A stretch of DNA of 64,000 bases from assembly GCF_964204645.1 (NCBI RefSeq), contig NW_027437461.1, positions 1 to 64,000 on the forward strand, read 5' to 3'. Positions 17,860-29,599 of this stretch are shown piece by piece. This DNA comes from Tubulanus polymorphus. Taxonomy: Eukaryota; Animalia; Nemertea. Position numbers and translations under genes: made by a program. Within the stretch, counting starts at the first letter, position 1. Each line of letters begins with the position of its first letter. The notes under the pieces are model-generated. The model was not told the origin of the DNA. It worked only from the letters and a program-made list of their open reading frames with translations, and did not search any database.

Positions 17860-18126
17860 TTTAATACTATATTTTTTATTAAAATTGATTTTAGAAGTTC
17901 AATGATTTAAATGTTATTCATTTATGTGAATATTTTAAGAGTAATAGGGATAATAGGCTTTCGTATCAAAGGTTGAAGGGGCGAGTGAGTAAAAAAATGA
18001 AAATAATAATAATTTACAGTTGAATTAGGAGTGTGCGCGACTAATTCAACTGTAAATTATTATTTTCATTTTTTTACGAGCTCGACCCTTCGACCTTTGG
18101 TATGAAAGCCTATTATCCCTATTACT
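17746..18126. repeat. Right terminal inverted repeat of copy 1, with terminal 187-bp palindrome 17940-18126
   Basis: Homologous to copy 2 TIRs; AGTAATAGGG...CCCTATTACT fold-back. Confidence 0.88.
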
Positions 18127-18419
18127 TATGGCCCGTAACGTGGCGCCACCTACTGTATGTTGATATGCTAATGAGCAGGTGATGACGTCGCTGTAACGTT
18201 TCCGCGCGTCCGCGGAGCGGATTTTTCAGCATTACGCGAGCGTATGCTGAGTAAACTATCGCTCATAAATGAAAACAAAAACAACTTTAGTGAAAATTGT
18301 TGTTTATTTCTGAATGCAAATTCTTCACTGAACAAATTGATGCGTAATAAAGGTAGATAAACCGATTATTAACGAAATTACAGACCAAAACGTCGCACGG
18401 AGAGTAGGTGTGACAGACA

Positions 18420-18805
18420 GTAGGCATTAAGTACAATGATCATTGCTTCACCGAGTAGGCCTACTCATTTGCTACCATACTCATATTATTAAAGAAATCA
18501 TTTAATACATTCCCTGGTTAACGGATTCTCACCTTAAAATACATAAACTCCGCTGTCGTTGTCATCGATCCGAGTCGTCAACTGAACGCGGAAGTAAAAT
18601 TCCGTGTGAAAATTCCTACAATTTCTGTCCATATCACGTTGATTTGACCCCGAAATCTTCAGGAAATGTAGCCAACGTAAATAGATTTACGAATAGAATT
18701 AATCAATTGACTCATTTTAGAAATCATGGTTTCGTGAAATTCATTAAAGTCCTAAAACTCGCGATAAATTTAAGCCGAAAATGATTTCACCCATCCACCA
18801 TGTTG
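18420..18805 (-). repeat. Interspersed repeat fragment shared with the interior of HINE 23904-26130
   Basis: Reverse complement aligns by eye to ~24297-24700. Confidence 0.65.
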
Positions 18806-18856
18806 TTTCATTAATAAAACAATTGTTGCGAGCCGGCGCTGTACTGTGATAATGCA

Positions 18857-18929
18857 TGGTTTCACTAGGATTCGAACCCTCGACCTCTCGGTTGGGAGTC
18901 AAACACCTTATCCACCATGCCACAGGACA
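18857..18929 (-). pseudogene. tRNA-like sequence (Gly-CCC-like anticodon loop): SINE head or tRNA pseudogene
   Basis: Minus strand has A box GTGGCATGGTGG, loop ACTCCCAA and B box GGTTCGAATCC; the acceptor stem does not pair. Confidence 0.55.
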
Positions 18930-19065
18930 GGGCGCTGTTTTTATCGTTAGTGGGAGTACCGGACGGAGCCAGTCGCGATTGCTACTATCATCCGGTGTTA
19001 TCTTTCAGTAAGTAATTTTAAGTTTAAAATAGGACGGAGAGTGCATAGATATAATCTACGCGGAG

Positions 19066-22034
19066 TGTAACCGAATAGGCCAGGCACAGTAACCGACTGG
19101 CTCTCCGGGCCAGATTTTCTCACAACGGCTGCGCCAGACAATATACCGCCGCTCAGTACTGGTCTACAGCTTGGCCTCCCTCACGCACGGGCCGGACCAA
19201 ATAACTTCGTCGGGGATCCCCTCTACACGTCGTGCCTCCTATCGATTCTAGGTGGGTCTTCGGGTCCAATCGTCCTTAACCTGAAGGCGACCAACAACAA
19301 CTCGGACTCCTTCGTTCTGGGTAGCGCGTCCTTATCGGTTCCAGAGTTGTTCCCGAAACTGGTTGAACTGACTCGGACTCAGAAATCCACTCAATAAAGG
19401 TATAAGACCGTTATTCGTAAAACGTAACGTTAGACATGTTTATTGCCTCAACAACGCAAAATTTATAAATGGAATGTTGCTCGCTACTCGTAGTGCTCAG
19501 TCGTAGTAATTCTTTTTATACTCGTAATACTTGTAATACCTTTAATACGCGTAATACTCTTAATACTTTTAATACTCGTAATACTAGTAGACCCCTAGGA
19601 TAAGGTCACAATATCTCACTAAATGACGGCTCGTCAGCCTAATCATGTTCAACTAATATTTCGTACGAAATGTGGTTAACTCACGCTATGAAAGAACATC
19701 TAGGGGGAGAGAGGGGTGAGAGGTACAACTATGGAATTAAATAAATAAAAGGCTTGAGTCTGAAGCGGAAATGTCAGTGACGATGGACAGATCCCAATAT
19801 CTGAACCCGGCCCCAGGGCCGACTCGATTACGCCTCCTCTTGAACTACCACTACAGGGATTCTTCATCTTGGTTGGAATTCGCCTTTGCTGGTGGTCCGA
19901 CGCAGGGACTGATCAGTTCCCTGGCCCTCCATTCTTTCTTCGGGACACTCATCTCCGGTCCTCTTAGGAAGTAACACATCAAGGGAAGACTTGGTTTCGA
20001 CCTGGACTACCACTGGCAGAATGGCTAATCGTCATCCGACAAATTCCGAGACTCAAGAGGTTTAGTGAAACGACCGTATTATAATGCAACTGGAATGGTA
20101 CTCTCACACCTTTCTCTCATTTAATAGCTCGAAAAAAAAATACCGCACGCAGCTTTGCTTGCGGGTATAAATGCACTAAGGCCATTGACGGCACCCGACT
20201 AAAATAATAAGGGGTTAATTCTACCCATATGATATATACGCGGATTGATGAGAGGAAGCCCGAACGGTTAGATCCCGCAGGTTCATAATACTAACGGACA
20301 GGTGGTGGCTAAACCGCCTGATTGTCACAAGTTTGAACTAGACTAGCTCGGAATATGAGCGACTGGGAGACGGAGAGGGATAACCCTCGCCGTGTCCCAG
20401 CATCACAATGATGTGGCGACTCAATAATAATACTTAATACTTTGCAGTTTAATACTAAAACAGTCGATTGTCGATCGATAATACTATACGAGATATAGGA
20501 CAGATAAGCCCCGAATAACAAAGGAAGGATTAAGGTAAGAGGGGGGTGGGTCTAGCGACAGGGTCGGTACCCGGCCAGCCTGCAGAATCTGCAGAATCTC
20601 GTCGGACATCAGTCGGTGGATAGCGTAGGTCAGCTTCATTCTTCGTCGTTCCAAGGATCAATGAACCATTCGAGTCAGCGGTTGAATCTTCCACACCAAA
20701 CCTCATCTTACCCCGGCAAGTCCCTCAGGGCGGCTGTACCATCCACACCAGTAGCCATCGTCTTCCATCTAGTACCATCGGCTGAAGGCAACCGATACTG
20801 CGAGACATCTACCGAACGCCAGGCACCGTCGCCAAAATCCACCCACCCGGGACAGTAATTCCACTTAGTTTGAAATTACAAGGTCGTCATTAGGAGCAAC
20901 CCTTGATAAGACATTCTAATAATGATAGATTAGGATAAGGAATTTGGATAAAAGAACATGGCGGTAACCGCAAAAACCGGGCAATCAAGGCCGCGGCAAG
21001 GCAATAATAATAATATATCAACTATCTTAACTGTAGTAACAAGTGATCACATCCCCTAAGACGGGGAGGGTCCCTATCGGGACGTAAGAGGTAGCGCTTA
21101 CATAGTGTCACGTATAATTATCTGAAGTCGATCGAAAGTCGCTTGTTAATCTCACTAGTATATTTCTATTTTTCCGCGGCGATGCCAATCGAAAAAGAAT
21201 CCTGAACTAGAGTTCGGCGCGCCTTATATAGGGCTCCCAGTCCCTGACGTTTTGATTGGATGGAAGTTTTTGTCCCCGATGCCCTCCATTGGTCAGAGTT
21301 CTTTGTCCCCGACGCGCCTCATTGGTTAAAGGTCACGAGGAACACGTGACGTCACGATCACGCGTGATTAAGTTTGTCAACAACGACGCTTGATCTAACT
21401 TTTCCATCATAAATTAGTTAATAAGAATTCCGGCCTGAACCGAGTTTTAAATCTTAAAAGGAGGGATTTATTACCCGTGAAAGGATTTATCGTTCGAATA
21501 GTTGAAAAATAACCGCCAGAAGGGGGAGCACCCGAACGGACCGCACCGCGGAGTGCCGAATTGAACCGGGCCGAAAATATGGGCGACTCGGCCTTCAGAT
21601 CGGAATTCTATTTCACAATATAATTTGACGACTAAAATGGTCTAGTATAAGAAGATTCAAGAAATAAGGATTCTATTCCTCACGCGGTCTAACAACTGCG
21701 GAAAAGTGATTCCCCCGATAGTTTAAAACTCGGTAAGAACATAGTCTGGGTGAAATCCTTAACCGAACACAACTCGACCGGACGCGAGTTCGTGCCGCAG
21801 CATAAACTGGAAATTTGGCCCGGATATATAACAGCCATAAAGGAACAAGATGGATGATTAACGTTTGATAAAGTAGTTACATGTATAACATTATGACATT
21901 ATGACGCTATCTGTGGCGATTATTTCGTGACGCTATCTATGGCGATTATTTCGTGACGCTATCTATGGCGATTGAAGGAAAATTGATTTTGAATTTGGCG
22001 CTCTCGGCGCAATCACAGGGGAATTTCCGCTACA
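19066..22034 (-). mobile_element. Solo LTR (~2.97 kb) with 5-bp TSD CGGAG
   Basis: TGTA...TACA ends, CGGAG at 19061-19065 and 22035-22039. Minus-strand CCAAT boxes (~21255-21325), TATA (~21225) and AATAAA (~19440); 26-bp tandem repeats at ~21902-21972. Confidence 0.75.
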
Positions 22035-22144
22035 CGGAGCGAATGCGTGTTATATTCCTATCAGAATTCTACATTTCAATTAGAAGCAGTTAGTTGTCGA
22101 ATCTGATAGAAGATGAATTTTATGTGCGAAAAAAAAGTGGAAAA

Positions 22145-22211
22145 TATGTAAATAATAATAATAACAATCCACAGAATTACAAAAGGGTTTTCGACGAAAG
22201 TCAGAAAACCC

Positions 22212-22307
<96 letters not shown>

Positions 22308-22412
22308 GAAACACGCGAATCTCAATAGGGTTTTCTGTGATGTAACAGAAAACCCTAATAATAATCAACAGGAATACAAGAGGGTTTCTGCGAAAGCAGC
22401 AGAAACCCTAAT
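22145..22412 (-). mobile_element. Nested Helentron/HINE 5' ends around a (TAA)n tract
   Basis: Reverse complement of AGGGTTTCTGCTGCTTTCGCAGAAACCCT at 22381-22409, plus variant AGGGTTTTC...GAAAACCCT hairpins at 22184-22212 and 22327-22356. Confidence 0.65.
22212..22307. repeat. (TAA)n microsatellite, about 32 units
   Basis: Seen directly. Confidence 0.95.
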
Positions 22413-22659
22413 AATGACAATGGAAGCATGATGGATCCGGCCATCCACATAGTGAGCGGGTGTCGGGTGATGGTAAACGGATATTAGGCTACCTCTCAAT
22501 TCCATTAAAAAATTGCGAAGAATACTTACTGCTTAGCATAGCCACATTGAAATCGGAAAAGGTTTTCAAAGCAGTCATCGGTAAAATGGCGATAACACAA
22601 CGTGGGTCCTGACTTCGTAGTAGTAGCAGCAGGAGGCTTCCAATTCATTCGCTTCGTAC

Positions 22660-23593
22660 GGACGAAACGAATTCACACCGATCAGGAGGCTAATTTTGAA
22701 AGCCAACTGATCAAAGAGTTGTGTAGTATTTTTGGTATCGAGAAAACTCGTACCACACCTAATCACCCTCCGGGAAATGGGGCCAGCACTACCAGCTCAT
22801 GATGATGCATTCTGTGGGTTAAATTTGTCAAAATACACTACCAGCTCAGTGTACGTGGTTAAGAATTCTATTTCAAAGAAACGAAAAACGTTACATCGTA
22901 ATTTGCGCATGGTTCTGTCTGTGCCTTTTCGGGAATCTGATACTAAAACTATGAGTTATACTGAGTTTTAAGACCAGAGAAGTAAAACGCTCTGAAAATA
23001 GTGTTCGTCCTGTCAAAAACTCAGGTTTCGACAATCAGTTACCTCTGATCGGGGATCCAGCCTTAGACATGTCAGAAACTTCTGATAGCGATTTAGACAA
23101 TTTCGTTGTCATTGAGAGAAGTGACAATTTGATAAATGCGAGAGACGTTGGGTCAAAACATGGTCGGTCAGATGCGATGTCTGGTCCTCCATCCGAAATC
23201 CTGACCGAGTTGAATTCCATTTCTTCTCTCCCTGATAAGTCTGTTATCGATGTACGTAGTTGTGGAAAATGTTGTGGATTCATAGGGGGTCCGAGTCGAT
23301 GGAAAAATCAGATGATTTGTCTGGTTCTCATAGAGAGAACTGTTTCTGGTGTTAATATTGACACTAGTGCTTCTTTAGAAAGGAATAATTCTTTGAATGA
23401 GTCTGAAATCAGACCTAGGCGTCCACAGCGCGTTCGCAGGTTGCCTGCTCATCTAGATAGTTTTATTGTCGGACAGACTCAGGTTCAGGCATCGTGGGAA
23501 CGAAAGATGGATATGCTTTTCGCTGCTGCGAAGGATTCGAGTGTTAATTCTAATCCGGGAATTATGGCAGCCATTTTAAAACTGTGTGAATAA
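22660..23593 (+). pseudogene. Gypsy/Ty3 integrase and pol C-terminal remnant
   Basis: IHTDQEANFESQLIKELCSIFGIEKTRTTPNHPPGNG core; later TLHRNL and RRPQRVRRLPAHL motifs; deleted and frameshifted. Confidence 0.75.
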
Positions 23594-23659
23594 CATGTTA
23601 GTATAGGCTTGTGAAAGCACTCTGGAAATGCTGTCATTTATGTTATTGCTTCATGTATG

Positions 23660-23770
23660 TTACTTTGTGTCATTTATGTAATTGCTTAATGTATATTGCT
23701 TTGTGTCGTTTATGTAATTGCTCAATGTATGTTGCTTTGTGTCATTTATGTAATTGTTTAATGTAATTAG
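23660..23770. repeat. ~36-bp tandem repeat (TGCTTTGTGTCATTTATGTAATTGCTTAATGTA), 3 units
   Basis: Seen directly. Confidence 0.75.
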
Positions 23771-23903
23771 TCTTGTATCATTGGTACATTTACTTAATGT
23801 AGAGTTATGTAATGTCTTTCTGTTTGTGTCTTTGTCCTGGGACAGTACAGTTTTCTCCTGTGTGGGAGAGGTTGAATGGAGTTGGTTGTGGGATATTGTT
23901 ATT

Positions 23904-26130
23904 AGGGTTTCTGCTGCTTTCGCAGAAACCCTCTTGTATTTCTGTTGATTATTATTATCATTAATGGTCCACTTTCCAGCCAAAAATTTTTCATAAAATG
24001 TAACTCCACTCAGATTCGACTACCAACAGCTTATAAACGTAATTTTAAATTCTGTCAGAAATATAACTCAGCGCCTGACCATTTCGAATTTGCGTATAGT
24101 AATCCATTATGAATTAAGCCCGTGTAATAACCCGGTCTAAACAGCGACTAGAATAACGCAAAGCATTGTCATCCATTGATAAAAGTACATCCCGAAAAGC
24201 CTACGAATTACCGGACGACCTCGAGCGTCAAACTCAACCGCGAATTCAGACTTACAATTAGTCAGGATCCGTCATTTACTGCGGACAATATGCAGCCAAC
24301 ATGGCGGATGGTTGAAATCATTTTCAGCCTAAATTTATCGAAAATTTATGGCGAGTTTTAGGACTTTAATGAACTATGATCCCTAAAATGAGTCAATTGA
24401 TTTAATTCTATTAGTATATCAATTTACGTTGGCTACATTTCTTGAAGATTTCTGGCGCAAATCAACGTAATATGGACAGGAATGGTAGGGATTTTCCTAT
24501 GGAATGTTACTTCCGTGTTCACTTGACGGATCGATGACAACGACAGCAGAGTTTATGCAATTTAAGGTGAGAATCCACTAACCAGGGAATGTAAGACATG
24601 ATTTCTTGGTCTAACTGCAGTTAAGGTTACCTTTTCACTGGGTGGTGCTATGATATGAGTACTTATGATAGCAAATGAGTACTCGGCAAAGCAATGATCA
24701 TTGTTGGCTACCTACTTGCCTAGCTTTTTGGGGGATACGCCTAGAATAGATTTAGGCCCTTAATTAAGTGTGTAGAGCCATTGGAAAGCCTTAGTAGTTA
24801 GTAAGGGACTGGTTTACACTTATGTATACAACTATTTATTTCGATTACTTTCTTTCCAGCTATTAATCGTGGAATGAACTGGTCACTATGGTCTTCAATT
24901 CCTTTGCCGATTCTTGCAGCTGGTGGGAATATATTTAAACCACAGTGTGCAAGTGTACGTTTCAAATTAAGCGTCTCAGATGCTGTAAGTACTTGACGTT
25001 TTGTGTAATTGTTTTTTCCTAATGTCATGTTTAAAATATTTGGATCAGTAATCAGTCGTGCTAGTGTACATGCAGAATTGGATTCATTGTTATTATGGGA
25101 TGATAATTCACGAGCATCAAGAGTCCTACGATATACCCTTGATATGAAGCTTTTAAAAGTTTATCAGAGACTTGTTTTGGAGTAAACCGAATAGCCCTTA
25201 AAATACCAATTCCACATGGCTTAACGGTCGGTGTCTATGCTCTGCGAGACAGGAGTAATAGATGTTTCACGACAAACGCACCATTTAAATATTTATTATG
25301 CTTTCGTTCACTCCTCTATTATATTACATAACTGAGTAATTCTTACATTAGATTGCTTAATTACAGGTGGAAAGAGGTCAGATGGCATGAAAATCGACTG
25401 TGGCTGACTAATTGACGCGCGCAGATAAAGCGTTGAGGTTTCAAAATTTAGCCAAAATGCTTGTATCATCAGGGGTAGACAAATTATCCGAAGATAAATG
25501 AAAACTCCACCTTGTTGATCGTCAGTTGATTTAGCAGTAATTATTTCGTCTGGATCAATCGACACATAATTCATTTCAAAATATGTGTTCAGTTGAATTT
25601 CTTTCAATAAAATAAGAATCTATTTGACTAATTTTTTAGTTATGTATTCAGGAGTGAATTTTAATTGATCTCAAAACCAGAGAAAGCATTCTTCAAAAAT
25701 TTAGAAAGTCCTAGACTCATAATCAAATTCTGTGAAGTCATTTAAGGTCTTTTGCTCGAATCAAGCCAAGGGCTCAGGTGGCTAAAATTCAATTCCTCAC
25801 TGCCCTGTAACGCCGAGTACGACTGAGTTTACACACTGAAAAACGTTGCGCTGTGTAAGTGTAATTTGGATAAGTCAGCAATATAATGACGGCCCTGCCC
25901 CGCGCGCTCTATCTGAGACATCAGAAACAAGTTGGACTGTATTGTTTCGATGCTTTGACAAATGGACTCCTAATATCCACATATCCAGTATAATGTTGAC
26001 CCAGGTTGCGCTTCTTGGCAATAGTCATATGTTATGGGCTAGAATTATTTCGATGAAATCTTCATACGCTTCCCAGTTCGACATATGAACCAATTAGGCA
26101 GAAACCCGTCATCGCTGCTATGCAGCTATA
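23904..26130 (+). mobile_element. Non-autonomous Helentron (HINE/DINE-1-like), 2.2 kb
   Basis: 5' AGGGTTTCTGC...GCAGAAACCCT hairpin then (TTA)n; 3' subterminal GCAGAAACCCG plus stem-loop GCTGCTATGCAGC; T-rich flanks; same ends as 44016-50638. Confidence 0.8.
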
Positions 26131-26282
26131 TTTATCATTTCACTTCGGTTGTCCGTCATGTTTTGTATGATGGTGTTGTGTTGTCTGTGGGTTTTGTTTT
26201 TATTACAAAAAAACTGGGGGTCTAGGGACACCATGTCCACTTGGGAAGTGGTTTCAAATGCTCAACAATCTAACAATTTCAA

Positions 26283-26890
26283 TGTTCAACGCCCCCAGGT
26301 GACCATATACAAAAACCAATGACCTTGAAACTCCCCAAAATCATAGTACATGTCAGCAGCTACGATTTTGTAATTGACAAAATTTGTAATTTTGCATAAC
26401 AAAATATGCCAATACTGATTTAATGAGGAAATGTTAAGTTATTCTACTATTCAGCGCCACCTGGTGACCATATGCAAACCCCAATGACCTTGAAACTCAC
26501 CACAATTATAGAACATGTCATGAACTACAACTTTGCAATAGATCAAGGTAACAAAATATGCCTTGGTACCAATCTAATAAGGAAATACTAAGTTTACTAT
26601 TCAACACCCCCTGGTGACCATATAGAATAACCTATGTCCTTAAAACTCACCACAATCATGGATGATGTCATGAGCTACAACTTTGAAATTGTTTGTGGTA
26701 ACAAAATATGCATAAGTAAAAATATAATATACATGTACTAAGTAATTGTATTATTCAACGCCCCCTGGTGGCCATAGAAAAAATCCAATGATCGTGAAAC
26801 TCACCAAAATCATAGAACGCGTTATGAGCTACAACTTTCCAATCGATTGTGGTAGCACAATATGCTTCGGTAGCAATATAATGTCGAAAA
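26283..26890. repeat. ~155-bp satellite-like tandem array, 4 units
   Basis: Units at ~26285, 26449, 26599, 26753 (TTCAACGCCCCCTGGTGACCAT...GAAACTCACCACAATCAT...). Confidence 0.8.
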
Positions 26891-26980
26891 ACTTTTCTCC
26901 CACCTACGAATCAGTACTGATGACAATGGCCGTCCATTGTGTCATAATTGGCTGATAAAAAATACCTGTTCATGAGCAAC

Positions 26981-27442
26981 AGTAATAGGGAATATCTTGT
27001 TTCATACCAAAGGTCGAAAGGTCGAGCTCATAAAAAATGAAAAATATGAAAATAATAACAATTTCTATTTGAATTAGAAGCGAAACTCATATAAAATGAA
27101 AAATAATTCTCGCACACTCGAATTTATTTTTCATTTTATATGAGTTTCACTTCTAATTCAAATAGAAATTATTATTATTTTCATATTTTTCATTTTTTAC
27201 TCACTAGCCCTTTCAACCTTTGATATGAAACAAGACATTCCCTATTACTCTTAAAATATTCATATATATGAATAAAATATAAATAAATAACTTCTAAAAT
27301 CAATTTTAATAAAAAATTTAGTATTAAAATTGAAGCAAATAAGTACTACTGTCCAACATGTAATATCAATATAGATAAATCCCAAAAAGCAAGACACAAT
27401 AAAACTAAAACAGATTTAGAGAATAAATTGAAACTAGAATAT
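26981..27442. repeat. Left TIR of copy 2, with 269-bp terminal palindrome 26981-27249
   Basis: Reverse complement of 52363-52817; includes the first ~38 codons of pPolB (ATG mutated to ATT). Confidence 0.92.
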
Positions 27443-27790
27443 TTACAGTTATATTCAGAACAGTTAACAAAGGCAAAGAAATTTATTGAATTATGGAATA
27501 ATGATCCAAATAATGAACAATACGTTGAGGAATTTGATATCAAGGATATGATTTAGATATTTCATGTCGGTTGTTTCTATTTACATAATGAATATATAAT
27601 TATGATTAACGCATGCGCATTGAGCAAAACCGCGCATGAATGCGCGGTTTGCTCAGTGGTATGATTTAGATATCAAGGAATCGAAACAACTTATCAAAAG
27701 CAGCGAGGAATGAAAAAGGATGACGTTGGTTGAAGAAATGGAAGAGGATTCTAAAATATTAACCAATTTAGTAAAAAATACGTATAATAA

Positions 27791-28437
27791 ATGGAACCAG
27801 AACAACCACAAACTATCAATATAACACTGGTGTTATAAATATATATTACAAGAAGTGTTCTAAATGTGAATTAGATAAATCATTAACAGAATTTAGTAAG
27901 CGTAAGATTAGCAAAGATGGTTTTCAATATTGCTGTAAAACTTGTTTTAAACTATATACCAAACAATATCGAGAAGATAATAGAGAAGCTTACAATGATT
28001 ATATGACAGAATATATGAGAGTAAGATATCAAACAGATATCAATTTTAGATTGAAACAATGCTTAAGATCTAGATTAACACAATTATTCAACAAAGAAAC
28101 GCATTCAGAAACACTATCTAATTTATTGGGTTGTTTAGATGAATTCTTAAAATCATGGATTATATATCAATTCGATGATAAAATGAATATAGATAATTAT
28201 GGTGAATACTTTCATATTGATCACGTGTTGCCGATTTCTAAATTTGACATGAATGATGAATACAATAAAAAACTTATTTGGAATTGGAAGAATCTAAGAC
28301 CTTTAGAAAAGAAGGAAAACATAATTAAATCCAATAAACTAGATTTACAGTTATATTTAGATCAACTGGATAAAGCAAAGACATTTGTTGAATTATGGAA
28401 TAGCATTTCACAGAATCAACCGCATTCTGAGGTTTAG
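27791..28437 (+). pseudogene. HNH endonuclease, copy 2 (7-nt deletion near the start, replaced C-terminus)
   Basis: Ortholog of 15742-16416; ORF 28003-28437 retains FHIDHVLP...NLRPL. Confidence 0.8.
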
Positions 28438-28797
28438 ATCAGTGGTTAGAAAGCTGGCAATTCTATTTGAGCTTTGTATGTATATAATACATAGCTTTTG
28501 CTTACTACTAAAACATATGTTGCCAAATATATCTTGTTTTCAATTCTAAAGAATTAATTAACTTCATCATAAAGAACATCTGTGCAGAAGTAATTAGTTT
28601 GGTCGAACGTGCGCCACGTCGGCAGTTAGAAATCAACTTTCACATACATAGTACGTATTGGATATTCTCTCTCAAAACACAGTTTACAGTTCTAAATCTA
28701 AATGTAAGTACCGTTTTTTGTAGTTATTATGAAGTAGGGAAACCTTTAAACATATTTAAGTACAGTAATTCATTTTCACGACATCTTTTAGATTAAA

Positions 28798-29528
28798 ATG
28801 GAATACAGAGATCAACCAGAAATTCCAAGCCAACCAACGGATGAGGAACCAGAAACGATAGATAGTGAAACTCAGGAATCAATAGAAATGGAGGATGAAA
28901 CTCTCGTAATTGACGAACAAACTTCACAAACATTACAAGAACATTTGGACTATCATCAAGAAATGGTGAAATACATAATAGTGATGTAATACATAATAAA
29001 CAATTACCGCGCGAACTACAATTACCAAAATTACCAGCAACGCGACTTAAATTGCTGTTGGGACTCAAAGAATCGAAAACTAAGAAAATGAGTGGAGAAG
29101 AGTTGAACGAGTTTTTAAAATCTAAATTAATCATTGACACAGAACATTTAAACTTTCCGGAAATACAAAGTGTAGAAGTTATTTCATTTGCTGAAATTAC
29201 TGATATCTTAAAAAAAAGTTATAAAACCATATTAAATAGAAAAGCAAATCACCTATGGGACCACATCATTTTCGGGGGTTATCTAAATATAGGGTTTACA
29301 ATGTTTGATAAAGAAACTGCGGGGATTTCTTGGGGGCTGTGGGTTAAAAAGAACATAGATATCAGTGCTGGTTTTGAAAGAAAACTGAGAAGAGTAGGTA
29401 GATTAATAAAATATGAAAAATTCAAAATATTAGGATTAGCATTTAGTGAAGTAGTAAGATATTTACCAGAAATTGAAGAAATGATTGGAAACAATCCAGA
29501 AATTAAAGAATTCTGGACAAAATTATAG
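28798..29528 (+). pseudogene. Accessory gene (acidic N-terminus plus helical domain), one frameshift
   Basis: ORFs 28798-28989 and 29052-29528 join by a frameshift near 28970; remnant homolog in copy 1 at ~17000. Confidence 0.6.
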
Positions 29529-29599
29529 ATTATAACACTGAAAGTCTTTGTAATATAGATATCAAAAATGTAATCTCGATTGTATATATCTGTTTTAAT

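Larger units (their letters stand above)
1..18126 (+). mobile_element. Polinton/Maverick (adintovirus-like endogenous virus), copy 1; left end lies upstream of the window
   Basis: Contains pPolB, minor and major capsid, A32-like ATPase and RVE integrase genes. Right terminus ...CCCTATTACT at 18126 matches the termini of copy 2. Colinear (inverted) with copy 2. Confidence 0.95.

Noticed and set aside
1-18126. Bacteriophage or linear-plasmid contamination
   Set aside because: RVE integrase with chromodomain, a sister copy with 6-bp TSD, and continuity with animal-type transposons and a spliced gene indicate a nuclear Polinton.
18857-18929. Functional tRNA-Gly
   Set aside because: Acceptor and anticodon stems pair poorly; embedded in repeat DNA.
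22080-22345. Poly-Leu and poly-Ile ORFs
   Set aside because: Translations of the (TAA)n microsatellite.
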